Shown: positions 12,493 through 24,339, numbered from the stretch's first letter. The stretch: DNA of 64,000 nucleotides from Fistulifera solaris (GCA_030295235.1 AP026176.1:248001-312000), one strand, 5' to 3'. The notes: generated by a model not told the origin, from the sequence alone. Numbers and translations: made by a program.

Positions 12493-13648
12493 TTTTTTGC
12501 TTTTGAGCATTGATTCAAGGGGACTGATAGAGGGATCGTCTTTCGACGACGATAAAGTGAAAGGAATGGCGATACCTGGTAATAAAAACGGCGACACACA
12601 CTCGGCTTTGTTTTTTCTGTGAACGCCTTAAAAGCACATTAAGGTTATAGCTACTATGGGCATTTCGCTCTACTCCGTATTTTTTCACTCCGCATTCCTT
12701 CTCTATAATTTAGTCGAGCTTCGTCTTACTTCAGGTTGTGCTAGTTACGATTTCATTTAAAAAAGAGTATCATTTTTGGATTTCGCCTCTATTGGTAAGC
12801 TAGATGAAACAAACACGGGAAGGCTTCTGTCGAAGTATGCCCAGAATAGGTCGACATGCTCTCGTCGGAAGAATTATCGTCTGAATGACATTCCTTGGCT
12901 TTGTGTCTTTCTTTGTAAAAAGAAACGGGCCCAAGAGTCTCTTGTACACCTCATCTCAATCTCCATGACGTTCTTCATCGGCCTTGTCGTCAATTGTTAC
13001 ACAGATCTTGCATTACCTAACGATACCCATGAAGCAGTAAGCAGCTTACCTTCTATACGCTTTCTTGCTAATGATTTCTCTTCGGTTATGAGATGTAGGA
13101 GAGAGGGAAAGATGTTGAGGTTTGCTCGAGTTCTAGATTTGGGAAGGAGAAAAGATACGCAAATACGTCATAGGACGGATTGCTCACCTATCGTCCCGGT
13201 AATGTCGGTAAAATGGTAAAATAATAATCATGTGCAAGAAACATGGATGTAGGAAATAGGAGGCAGAATTCTGCCTTGCTGCTTGCTGTGATTGCTGGTT
13301 AGGTCTACTGTACTTGGTATCGCCTTCTGATCTTCCGGTCTTCCTTCATTGGTACTGTAATTTGGTAATTCATACTGAAAGGCTGAGAGTGAGAACTTAT
13401 AAAACCTTACAAAAACTAAAGATTCATTTGTATTACTGTAGTGTAAATAATGATAATGTGCAGTATCAGGTAAGAGTGTACAGAGATCGTAAACGAGTAA
13501 GGGAAGTCCGGAAATCGTGATTATTATGGAACACAGAATGTACTAATAGCGAGAGAGTACCTAAAAAATTTGAGAATAACGAACTCAAAGGATTCGCCGC
13601 TCGCCGCAAAAGATTCTCCGCCTACTCTAAATACGTGAATTATCTAAA

Positions 13649-13934
13649 GAGTCAGGCGTCAGGAGTCAGGACCTTTAGCTAACTAGAGACTAGAGAGAGA
13701 AGCTAGGAAAAGAGTAGTCTACTTGTAAGGACTAAAGACGGAGGATCGGGGATCCGGTTTCGTAGCTCGTAGCTAGTAGCAAGATTTTACTTGTAGTTCA
13801 AAGTTCGAAGTTCCAGAAGTTTGCTCAATTCGGAACTTCTCATCTTCTCTGCTCTGTTCGTCCGAGGTCCGAGGTCTGAGGTTAGGACTTGGGATTCTCT
13901 CCTTAGACAAATTATCAACGATCAACGATCAACG
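13649..13934. repeat. Cluster of short tandem repeats, all with a 7-bp period but different units
   Basis: GAGTCAG x3 (13649), ACTAGAG x2 (13682), GGATCGG x2 (13743), TCGTAGC x3 (13760), AGTTCNA x3 (13795), TCCGAGG x3 (13861), ATCAACG x3 (13914); several copies are imperfect. Confidence 0.8.
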
Positions 13935-14452
13935 ACCTACAACCTAACAATCCTTAACGATTAACTATTGTTTGAGACCCAACAATAACAACCAGCTCGC
14001 CGCCTTTAGAGTTGCTGAGTAAAGTAGAATCTGCAAGATAACAGAGATAACAAAGAGGCGTGGGCAAACGCCCAATACCTAATATCTCGGAGTATAGTAC
14101 ATCACATATCACATTATCGTGAACAATAGACAATAGCATCCAAGCTTCAGTGCTCTCACTTCCACTTACATAGTACTATAGTGATTCACCATGGCCTCAA
14201 AGTTCATTCCACGGTGTTCTTCGACTTCGCGAAGAGTGAAAAAGCTTGGCTTTTCTGCTTTCTGGCCCTGAATTTTGCAGAAGGCCTCCGATGAACTGGC
14301 GCGGATGCGCTTACGTCGCGCCTTCTGCTTTGCAGACATATCTTTTGTGGACTCAGCAGCCAAATTATTATCTGCATCCACGAAAAGTTGCCATATTTCC
14401 ATCTATCAACGCACCAGACTTCGCAACAAGAATTTAAACGTGCAACGTGCCC

Positions 14453-15513
14453 ATGCTCATCTTCTTTGGCAAGCAACATTGGAACATGGCAAAGCATACT
14501 TCCGTTCACGAACAAGGAGTAGCTATCAAAGCTCCGCGACGTTTCAAGTCAGCTTTCATCTGTTATTCTTCCGAACGTCACAAGGAGATAAGAGAAGAAC
14601 TGGCCGAAAGGGGCTTGAAAGAGAAGGTGAGTCGCTCCAACAAGAACGCTTTGCCGGCTTGGCTCCACGTGCATCACTCACGAAAACATTTTAGACGACA
14701 AATGTTGCCAAAATGATCTCAAAAGAATGGCACGAAATGACCCCGGAAGAACGCGAGTTCTGGGAAGAAAAGAGCAAAGATGACCAGAGTCGGTACGCCG
14801 AGGAGTTGACGGCCTACCATGCGGCACAAGCACAACTGAAACGTCCCCCGAAAGATCCCAACGCTCCCCGTCGTCCCATGTCGGCATTTCTGGCGTTCTC
14901 GAATCAACGCAGGGGTGCTCTCAAACGTGCAAACCCCTCCATGACCAATGCGGATTTGTCCAAGACATTATCGCAAATATGGATAGAGTTGCCAGCGGAG
15001 CTCAAGAAAGAGTATATTGATCGAGAAGCGCTTTTGCGAGCACAATACAAAGTTGATAAGGCGGTCTGGCAAAAAGTCAAAGGACCTCTTTTGAATCAGA
15101 TCAAGAAGAAACGATGCGTTCGACATCCATTCTAGAAAGTGCGGTCATACTGCCGATTCCCTTGCAGGCTTCCCATCCAGTGGACGATGCATCCCATGCA
15201 CAGCATCTCTGGACCCGACCGTCGGAATTATTTTGCGGTCGTCCGGTGGAACGCTCACCAGAGACCTTGCAACAAGCTCTGTGGCAGTCGCATGCCAAGG
15301 CAGTGGATGTTGGTAAGTCGAACGTCACCTGGAATCTTAAATGTCTCAAAGCCTCACAATTTTGTTGCTTTGTCACCAGCTTCCACGAATCGCCAAAGCG
15401 TGGCCGAATCGAAGCTCTTACAAATCAGCAATGTTCGCTCGGAAGTGAATTTGAATCATCATTATCATGAAGAAGAAGAAGATATGGAACCGAATGCAAT
15501 CTTTCCTCCGTAA
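14453..15513 (+). CDS. Double HMG-box DNA-binding protein
   Basis: APRRFKSAFICYS..(intron 14627-14694)..VAKMISKEWHEM and KDPNAPRRPMSAFLAFS..LSQIW HMG boxes. The 3' part is broken across frames, so start and end are uncertain. Confidence 0.8.
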
Positions 15514-15665
15514 GTATTGTTGTCAACAAGCCTACGTCTTTTTCGCCAAGGTTGGCTCTGCTTTGTCTTTGTTATTGTTCATTTAACAAAAAAAATAGTG
15601 CATAATAGGTCTATTAGAATAGTTCTTGTCTCTTTGCTTGCAATAGTCTAAGTCTCAGTCGATAT

Positions 15666-18022
15666 CCCTGATGAGGGTCAGACGAACATATGTTCGTTTT
15701 AGGTTTCTAAAACGAACATATGTTTGTTTTAGAGCCTCTCGTGTGACACGCGTAGAAATTTGTACCAGAACGGATTTCTCGTCCTTGCGACTTGCGACAC
15801 AACAACAACAACACGATTTTCGTCGCTGACCCTTCCAGAAGCACAAAAGTAAGGTCGTAATCTATCGTTTGACAATAAATCACGTTAATTATTCATTTGA
15901 GCTTCTTTATGAATCGTTTGATATGCATTTTGGGGAGTTTGACGCCCGAGGTAAATCAATACTTTGCGAAATAGCGTCTTGAAACAACGTTTGGCGCAAC
16001 CGTGTGTACTCGTAATAATGCAGAAAAGACCCGCTATGCCTCGCATTAATTGCCTTGATTCAGCACTGTTCATTACTAACACCTATTATTGTCAAACAGC
16101 GACTAGCATGATGCTGTCTCCAAACTTAATGTCGACTTATGCGATAGTTACTGTCGCCAATTATGTGTCTGGAAGGATGCCGCCGGGTCACTATTGGAAA
16201 GTAGATGCTTCGCAACAGCTCTCATGGTAAGACTTTTACGTACTTTGAGTATTAAGCAACTTGAATGATCAACTGATGAGGTTTTTAGTTATCGAAGTCG
16301 TTGGCAAACAGGTTTGTGCCTTATTTGGGATGACGAACGATGATGTGTTTTTCTGATTGTCGCCTGGTCGTGAGCTATGGCTAATCTTTGACCGCAGACA
16401 AGGGGCAACATGACGCAACTACCCTCCAGTATATCTTCGATTTATTAGTTGAAGTTGTGATTAAGTTGTCAATGGAATTGATTGATCCAAAGAGCTGAGG
16501 AAAGTGTGTTGTTCTATTTTCAGACAAAATAAATAATAACGAGCCAGAGAGGTCCGTCGACACCAAATGGAACAATCAACAATCAACCCGCTTTTTCTAT
16601 GAGTATTTGAAAGCTCATTTTGCGATCCTGGTTGAAGATTGACAAATAAATGTGTCGTTCGTAGTGGCTTGTCAAAAGAAGGAGGTAATAACCACCGAGG
16701 TCCTATCTGCCATGTCGGTTTCGACTTTGAAATTGGGAAATGTCGCTGCGCCTAGACTAATCATGAGTCTGTATGGTTCTAGCTTGGTGTTTCTTGTTTG
16801 TTGAGTGATACCTGTCCTTCAAACAACTTCATCCGACGGTGTCGAGCAAATACCATCAGTTTATGGTCTTCATTCTCGAGCCGGTGCCGAGAGCTTAATA
16901 TTTTGCTTAATATTTTGTATCAACCTATGGTCGGTGCTGTCAATTGCTAATATGTCTTTTATTTCAATGTAACACTGCAGTAAAAGGTGACATTGGATAG
17001 GTAAGTCACAGACTGAAAGTGGACTTTGTGACAATGAGCTGAGAGACTTACCCAACGAAAACATGAGCTACTTGTCAAAATTACAATTGAAAAATAGTTA
17101 TAAACTAAACCTATTCAAATTGAGCGCATGGCAAAACGATTTATGTGAAGGAATTGGGTAAAGCGACGGCAAGCAAAGAAGGAACGGGAGATGGCGGAGC
17201 ATCCTCCTATAAGGCCCGACCGCGGTTGATTCTTTTGTCACCACTAATGACCATTTTGAGAAAGCGTACGACCGTAGAATAAGCGCTTGTATTACAAAAG
17301 ATGTATTTCTTTTGCTAAGAAATACGAAAAGCAGTTTATATTTCGTGCACGGCAACAATCATATCTTAGTCGACGGTCAGTCAGTGAAGCCGAAATCATA
17401 TTAATACGCAACTAACACGTTTACAGGGTAAATTCAAATCATGTAATACTGTTTAACACGCCTTCATAGCATAAGGAAGCGAGTAGGGACACTATTGCTA
17501 TACTTTCAACGACTTGTCGAACCCTTGTGGCCAGATCACGTGACCGGGTGATGAAAGATTACATTCGTCAGGTCCAAATGACAACATCGCAACGCATTCA
17601 GAAAGGCCAAATCCACGAGTAAATTATTCAGGCTATCATTCAAATGATTTATAGGAAAGTTACGTTAAATAATGACCTGTTTTGATGTTGAGGAGATGAA
17701 AGAAAAAGTGTGGAAGGTCGACGGTCGGTGTTCCGTCGAAATGGCCGATGCACTTTGTATCATCGGGCGTCCGCCATCTACGGCTCCTTTAGCCGTGCCG
17801 GCGGCTCGAAGCTCTTATTTAGTGAACAAGGTCACACTATGTAAAAGAAGAACGTTGTTCGACAACATCGCGCACCTCTTTTGTTGATTAGCAATCAGCG
17901 GCAAGAAAAACATGTTTGTTGTTTTATTGCGAGGCGGAGAAATCCGTTCTGGTACAAATCCTACGTGTGTCACACGAGAGGCTCTAAAACGAACATATGT
18001 TCGTTTTAAGGCCTCTATCGGG
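15666..18022. mobile_element. Putative non-autonomous DNA transposon (~2.35 kb) with long terminal inverted repeats
   Basis: 15708-15788 is the near-exact reverse complement of 17929-18008. The outer ends read CCCTGATGAGG and, in reverse complement, CCCGATAGAGG. The interior has no long ORF. No clean TSD. Confidence 0.65.
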
Positions 18023-18414
18023 TAATGAGCCCACAAAAAACCTCATCTGGAATATCGGAAAAGTCGTCGTCATCGATGGAATGCAAAGCACTATGTTCAC
18101 TGCGACATCGTGTGACGTCACGTCATGCAAGAAGCGTGTTACCCTGCGACATCCATCGGACCCGAATTCTGTTCGTCCGTTACGTCATCGACGTCCGTCC
18201 GAAAAAGACAAAAGCTGCGCTGCGTCTCGTTGTTACAGGCGTCTCGTCGTTTCTTGTTGCAGTTATTATCGTGCTTGAATGATTATTCTCGACGACCCTT
18301 TCGCTTTGCTTCGTTCGAATACATCAGCAATTCCTCCGTTTATTCTTCAGCAAAAAATAGACAAAGGTCCCTTTTTGTAAAAATAAAAACGACAAACAAG
18401 AGTTACAATTGAAC

Positions 18415-21405
18415 ATGCAAACAATTTACATGCCCGCAGAGTCATCGAGTCGTCGGAAACGACGGCGAACGCAATTACCGTTTGCCGTCTGTGTATTACT
18501 TTGCTTTCCGAATTGCTGTGAAGCTTTTCTTCCTCTGGCACGACGACGGCAAAGTGTATCGTCCCTCATGTCCGCGATTCCGGCTTCTCCCTTTCCCAAT
18601 TACACATCCTCCTCGGATCAACGCAACGATACGATCGTCTCGTTGAATTGGGGAACACCCTTCATACACAATAACGAGAATATACAAAAGAATACTACGA
18701 GCTGGTCATCCTTCGAGACACTCGATCGTCCGGATCCGTTAACTGACGACGATTTGCAGCAAATTGAACAATATTGGGATCAGATCATGCCGGTCGTCAA
18801 CTATCTGGGGACCGAAAAAGTCGCCAAGATCTATCACGCACTCCAAGTAGCGTATACGGCACACCGGGGACAGATGCGCAAGTCGGGTGAGCCTTTCATC
18901 ATTCATCCCGTGCAAGTGGCCATTTTGTTGGCGGGTCTCAAGATGGATGGAGAAACCGTGATTGCGGGGCTCTTGCACGATACGGTGGAAGATACCGAAA
19001 TGACGTTTGATCAAATTGAAACATTGTTTGGGAAAACCGTTCGAACCATTGTCGAGGGAGAAACCAAAGTCAGCAAATTGCCCAAAATGGTGGCCGAATA
19101 CTCGTCATCGAGTGAAGACGCCATGATGTCGGAATCCCCGACGCATCACGATGAACAGGCCGAAAATTTGCGACAAATGTTTGTGGCCATGACGGAAGAT
19201 TACCGAATCATCATTGTCAAATTGGCGGATCGTCTGCACAATATGCGAACACTGCGGCATATGAAGCCTCTCAAGCAGATCAAAATTAGTCGGGAAACGC
19301 TCGATATTTTCGCGCCATTGGCGCATCGCATGGGAATATGGCAATTCAAATCGGAATTGGAGGACACGGCATTCATGTATTTGTATCCACAAGAGTATAA
19401 GAGATTGAATCGGATGTTACGACAGCATCAAACAAAATACCGCGAAACGCTCGATAAATCACAGCTCGTCATGCAACGACGTTTGGATGCGGATTCGACC
19501 TTGGCACATCAGGCGGCGAAAGTAGAAGTACAAGGACGAACGAAAGAGTTGTATTCGTTGTGGCATAAGATGGAAACGAAGGGTGTGCACAATCTAGACA
19601 ACATTGTGGATGTGGTTGCCCTTCGCGTTGTCATTACACCGAAAAGTGATGCGGATTTAGGGGACGAGAATGAATCGGATCGCGGGGTATGGCTGTGTTA
19701 TCATGTCTTGGGTCTTGTGCAACATTTGCCGGGCTTTCAACCGGTCCCCACTCGCGTCAAGGACTACATTTCTTTTCCCAAACCCAACGGGTACCAGAGC
19801 TTGCACACGGCACTGATTCTGAACGGTCAAACCATCGAAGTGCAAATCCGGACGAGTTACATGCATCAAGTCGCCGAGTACGGAATGGCAAGTCACTGGG
19901 CTTACACGGACGAAAAGCGAAGAAGTCCTTCAAGTCGCAATCCGGACGGTTTGTACTTTACTCCGTGGCTCTCATCGATCAAGGAATGGCAAAAAGACCG
20001 CATCAGCTCTCGAGATTTTGTCGACTCGGTCCGCCGCGAGCTACTGGGCAAGCGCGTCTTTGTATTTCTTCGCAATGGAAAAATTTTGAACTTGGCACGA
20101 GGGGCTACGGCGATTGATGCTGCTTTTCAAATTCACACGGAAGTTGGTTTGAACATGTACCGAGTGGAAATTAATGGGAAACCGGTTCCATTTTCCTACG
20201 AGCTTCAGAATGGCGATGTTGTTTCGATTTTGACGGGCAAGGGCGGCAAGCCGTCCACGGACTGGATGCGCTATGCGAAAAGCCGCTCGACTCGATCGAA
20301 GCTGCGTGCGTATTTCCGTGCTCGTCAAAGAGAAAGTCTCCGAGAAGCGGGTCATATACTGCTGAAGGACTATCTTGCCATGCATGGAGAGTTAATCGCT
20401 AAGGAGTCGTATTTTGAATTCGATTTAAATGTACCGAAAAAAGTCGAAGATGTCGCGCGGTTTTTACCTGGAAAAACAAGATTCGAAACTCTCGACGATC
20501 TTTTAGTCTCGATCGGATCGCTACACGACAGGGACAAGCTTCATCGAATTGTTTCGCAGTTATTCGAGGTTCCCAAGCGCGTTCTCGTCGACGCTGAAGA
20601 GAGGCGACGCCTTCAGGTTCCTAGTGCGATAGTTTCGGAGGCACTCATCAAAAATCGTCGGCGGGCACTCGACTCGGCAAACGCCGCTTCTACGACAGGT
20701 ACTAATACGTCGACTGCTTTTACAAGTGATCCTTCTTGGATGCACCTGCAGGATGAAAACATTGGTGCCTCTCTGAATCATCTTCTTTCAGGATTGGGTC
20801 TGAAAGAAGAGCTTGCCGATCCCGATCAAATATGTGAAGACTGTTTACCTGTTTACGGCGATCAGATTGTTGGAACTTGCCCAGAACATTCACTTAATGG
20901 GGATGCGAATGATATGGTTACCACGGTGCACCGCTTTGGTTGCCAGCATGCGCAACGAGCAATCAACAAAGCGCAAGCAGAGTTAAAGGGACGAAAAGTG
21001 GAAAATAAAGCAGTGAAAGCACTGCCGATTGATAGTGTTTCCTTGCGCAAACAGAACGGCAATGTCTTAGATCGACAGCTCTCACGTCGAGCAAAGCGAC
21101 ACAGTAGCATCGACGACGTCCCCGTTAAATTAAAGTGGTCGGAAGCGCACGACAACGACTCCTTTCTTTCGGAGATCGTCGTTCACTGCCAGGACCGCAG
21201 GCTCTTATTGGCCGATTGCTCCGAGGTCGTATCAGAAATGGTTGAAATAATGCGAACAGGAAGCCAGACGACGGCTGAGCATGCAACGCTAGTGTTTCTG
21301 GTAAAGGTGAATGGTATTCATCAGCTACAACAGTTAATGGACCGACTCAACGAGGTCCGCTCCGTGATGTCCGTGGAAAGGCGGTTTGGTAGTGAACTCC
21401 TCTAA
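18415..21405 (+). CDS. RSH: Plastid-targeted RelA/SpoT homologue, (p)ppGpp synthetase/hydrolase
   Basis: HD hydrolase (HRGQMRKSGEPFIIHP, LHDTVED, KLADRLHNMRTL); synthetase (GRTKELYS, DVVALR, KDYISFPKPNGYQSLHT, EVQIRT); TGS (GATAIDAAFQIHT); C-terminal ACT (DRRLLLADCSEVV). Signal peptide ends in CCEA|F. Confidence 0.93.
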   Translation: MQTIYMPAESSSRRKRRRTQLPFAVCVLLCFPNCCEAFLPLARRRQSVSSLMSAIPASPFPNYTSSSDQRNDTIVSLNWGTPFIHNNENIQKNTTSWSSFETLDRPDPLTDDDLQQIEQYWDQIMPVVNYLGTEKVAKIYHALQVAYTAHRGQMRKSGEPFIIHPVQVAILLAGLKMDGETVIAGLLHDTVEDTEMTFDQIETLFGKTVRTIVEGETKVSKLPKMVAEYSSSSEDAMMSESPTHHDEQAENLRQMFVAMTEDYRIIIVKLADRLHNMRTLRHMKPLKQIKISRETLDIFAPLAHRMGIWQFKSELEDTAFMYLYPQEYKRLNRMLRQHQTKYRETLDKSQLVMQRRLDADSTLAHQAAKVEVQGRTKELYSLWHKMETKGVHNLDNIVDVVALRVVITPKSDADLGDENESDRGVWLCYHVLGLVQHLPGFQPVPTRVKDYISFPKPNGYQSLHTALILNGQTIEVQIRTSYMHQVAEYGMASHWAYTDEKRRSPSSRNPDGLYFTPWLSSIKEWQKDRISSRDFVDSVRRELLGKRVFVFLRNGKILNLARGATAIDAAFQIHTEVGLNMYRVEINGKPVPFSYELQNGDVVSILTGKGGKPSTDWMRYAKSRSTRSKLRAYFRARQRESLREAGHILLKDYLAMHGELIAKESYFEFDLNVPKKVEDVARFLPGKTRFETLDDLLVSIGSLHDRDKLHRIVSQLFEVPKRVLVDAEERRRLQVPSAIVSEALIKNRRRALDSANAASTTGTNTSTAFTSDPSWMHLQDENIGASLNHLLSGLGLKEELADPDQICEDCLPVYGDQIVGTCPEHSLNGDANDMVTTVHRFGCQHAQRAINKAQAELKGRKVENKAVKALPIDSVSLRKQNGNVLDRQLSRRAKRHSSIDDVPVKLKWSEAHDNDSFLSEIVVHCQDRRLLLADCSEVVSEMVEIMRTGSQTTAEHATLVFLVKVNGIHQLQQLMDRLNEVRSVMSVERRFGSELL

Positions 21406-21511
21406 AAGCCGTTGGCATCTTGTTCAGACTGTCAAGGTAAAATTTTGTTGTTGCTATATATTTTAGTCGGCTATATAATAAATGGTATTACAATGGTTAT
21501 TAGCTAAAGCA

Positions 21512-24339
21512 TTACACCAATACAGATGTTCCATTGTTAGTAGCGACCTTTGTGACTGGGGTTTCATCTTCTCGGTGTTCAGAGGTACTAATCTCTCCGT
21601 AGCAGCTCACAAATGCACCAAATGAGACAAGAAATGCTAGCCAGGTACTGTAGTATAAGTCACCCACACTTTGTCCTGGTCCACCTATACCCGTGATCAG
21701 TGCAACTGCGGTTCCGAAGAGCAGAACCAGAAACAGCGATATGAGCATCTCCACGTGAGCTTGTAAGAGATTGCATCGACAGCTCGGAATTGACATGCTC
21801 AGCATACGGCCCAGAACAACTAATCCACCCACTGCCATGCCGGTTAGGGCTATTATAATAGCCAATACTGTGCGCGAGCAAAACGACACTGCTCCCAATG
21901 TTATTTCATCAAAGCCACAATTCCCAGAGATGGTGTGCCAAATATGAAGAGCAGCACCAAGAATAACAAAGCAGACTTTAACAATAGTAGCCCATACGAT
22001 TGACATTAAGTCATACTTTCGGTGGCCAACCAGTTCTTTGAGGTAGGAACTCATTTGTACGCCAGCAGTGAGAATCGATGCCCAAGAAAAGTAGTACAAA
22101 TTCGCCATTTTAATCTCGCCGATCCGATTGACAGCCCACGAGTCGCTTGAATGCATGGTGAGGATAAGATTCCCCAACCACAGCCCAAAAGCGACCACCG
22201 AGAGAAATCCACCAACCGGAAACATGGAGACAACTCGATAACAGCGTTTGGAGAGGGAGAAAGCAAACAACAATGCAGACTGCACGGCAACAAGGCAAGG
22301 CGCCAATATCATATAAAGTTGTGGGTTGGAAAGTTTGCCCTCTCCACTGTTTGAAGCCGCATCGTACGCAGATGCTGCACACGCTGTTGAGAAGACACCG
22401 AGGAAAAAGTAGCTTCTCACTCGATCAATTCGAGCCTTTTCAATCCCATTATCTTGCGAGACGGTAGTTCCACTACCAATGGTATCGATGCTGAAGGCTC
22501 GGCTGTAGAAGGGTTTGACAAGGTGATTTGACTTCTCGTCGAGTTCTCGCGTTTGAACTACATTTCGTGCGATGTCAGTGGCTATTGACGGCGCTTTATA
22601 CTTTGTCCTTCCATGAACGTTGTCGCTAGTTAAATTCAAACCTTTGTCTTGGTCTGCTTTTGCAGGCAGAGATGTCATTGTTTCGCTGTGCGAGTGATCG
22701 TCTTCTGATATATTATAATATTCTTCCAAGCAACCAAGAGCAATACGGACACACAACAAATACGTCAACCAACTCGCATAGTACAAATTGCCAACAGTGG
22801 ACGCCGGTCCTTGCACCCCCGTCACAAACACGGCATTGAATCCGGTCAAAACAGACAAAATGACACTGAGCAATATTTCCGTATGCAGAGGTAATCGACG
22901 ATTCCGTTGATGATGAGCGACCACCCTTTCCCAAGCTGTCATTGCCGATTCATCGTACACCATAGCCGTCGACCAAATACCAGCCCCATCTCCGTCGCGT
23001 TCGTCGACAACATCGCCCTCTTCATCGTTGATCCCCGCCATAAATGGACGGCGCTGATTGCGTTTTGAACAGTATCGTGCCGTAGCATGCATGATAATGG
23101 CCGATGCACAAAGAATCATAGAAACAATTCCCGCCAGCCATGCCGCCATGGTTCGTCCACAATATTGAGGTGGCAATTTGCTATTTCCTTGTTGATTAAT
23201 GACTTCGCAAACCCGCAACCGCATCGAAACATCTTCCCAGGCCTCCAGATCATCGGACACCGTCGGCCACAGTACTTGAGACGCCACGTACTGACTCGAT
23301 GCCACAATGACCCAGCTGGCCAAGAACGCCGCGGTCCAAATTCCCGTCCGGAATCTCAATCGATAAATGGAATTGTACCAGGCATATTTCTGCTGGCGAC
23401 GACGCTCGCGCCACCAAGATGTGAGCGTCCGCGGCGACGTATGGTAGTCGGCTTCCCACGACGTCGTCGGTAGCAAATCGTCCGATACATTGGATGCCCC
23501 CGCCAGTCGGTCCATACGAGCTCTCCGATACGCACGAAAGCAAGCCGTCCCCACTTGGTACAGTAAAGCTAAAGCCAAGCCTTCGGATATCCACGTTAAA
23601 TAATAGCTGCGGGCGTGACGATGAGTAGAATATATAACCGTGAGGACTATTTGGCGAATAATAGTAACAATCAGCTCTAGACACACGACTTACAGATTTG
23701 CATTGTCGCCGACGTTGCCGTAACGATCGACGGCTGCGAGAGATTGGTACGGATTGTCTTCTGGTGACATGTTCTTCGGAATCAGCATGATCCACGACAC
23801 GTTGTACGTTTGTAACGCTACAATCACCACCAGCATCCAAAATAAAATGACCAAATTGCGTAACATTTTCGGAAAATCGTCTTTGGCGACCGGACGCAAC
23901 AATCCGATCAACCCCAACAAGGATAATAACGATGTCATCAATCCAGCGGGTACGACGACTTCGTAAAACAACGTCACGCACAAATGTTCCTGTAGTGCGG
24001 CAAATTCCGCCGCTTGTTCATACCGTTGGTAGGTGTCATCGTCCATTAATTCCATCAACGAGTATGTTTCGTGCTCGAGGCACTGATTTTTGGCATCCAG
24101 GGCCGATAACACTCCCAATCCGCTCGTCAACAATAAAGCCGTCAGGAGGTGCGCAAAATGCGACCAATCGGGACGATCCGGGTGCCCATGTTTGGGTGAG
24201 AGTTCTTTTTGGACGAAGATGACGATGATGATGATGATGCGGAAGGAATGACGGAAAGAGAAAAGAAAAGTGACGGGCGGTGTCGTTTTCTGGAACGTTT
24301 TCGCCCATCATCGAGCTGATATTCGGTAGTGCTGCTCAT
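21512..24339 (-). CDS. Polytopic membrane protein with four repeated (N/D)LYYxxW modules
   Basis: Intron 23607-23693 restores ANLYYLTW. Further copies are GNLYYASW, ANLYYFSW and GDLYYSTW, with many hydrophobic helices. Apparent frameshift at 24170-24172. Confidence 0.75.

Noticed and set aside
12776..13520. Short ORFs in the long intergenic region
   Set aside because: No ATG-led coding-like frame or recognisable motif; possibly decayed sequence.
14166..14402. 78-aa minus-strand ORF with a basic stretch upstream of the HMG gene
   Set aside because: Short, no recognisable domain and no supporting splice structure.
15666..15690. CTGATGAG..GAA resembling a hammerhead ribozyme core
   Set aside because: Stem II does not pair, GAAA is GAAC, and I see no convincing stems I and III. 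It is better explained as a transposon end.
15682..15731. Tandem palindromic repeats as a possible CRISPR array
   Set aside because: Only two adjacent copies with a ~6-bp gap, no spacers, no cas genes, and a eukaryotic context.
15885..17887. Transposase ORF inside the inverted-repeat element
   Set aside because: Only short, stop-interrupted frames; I could not recognise any DDE or other transposase motif.
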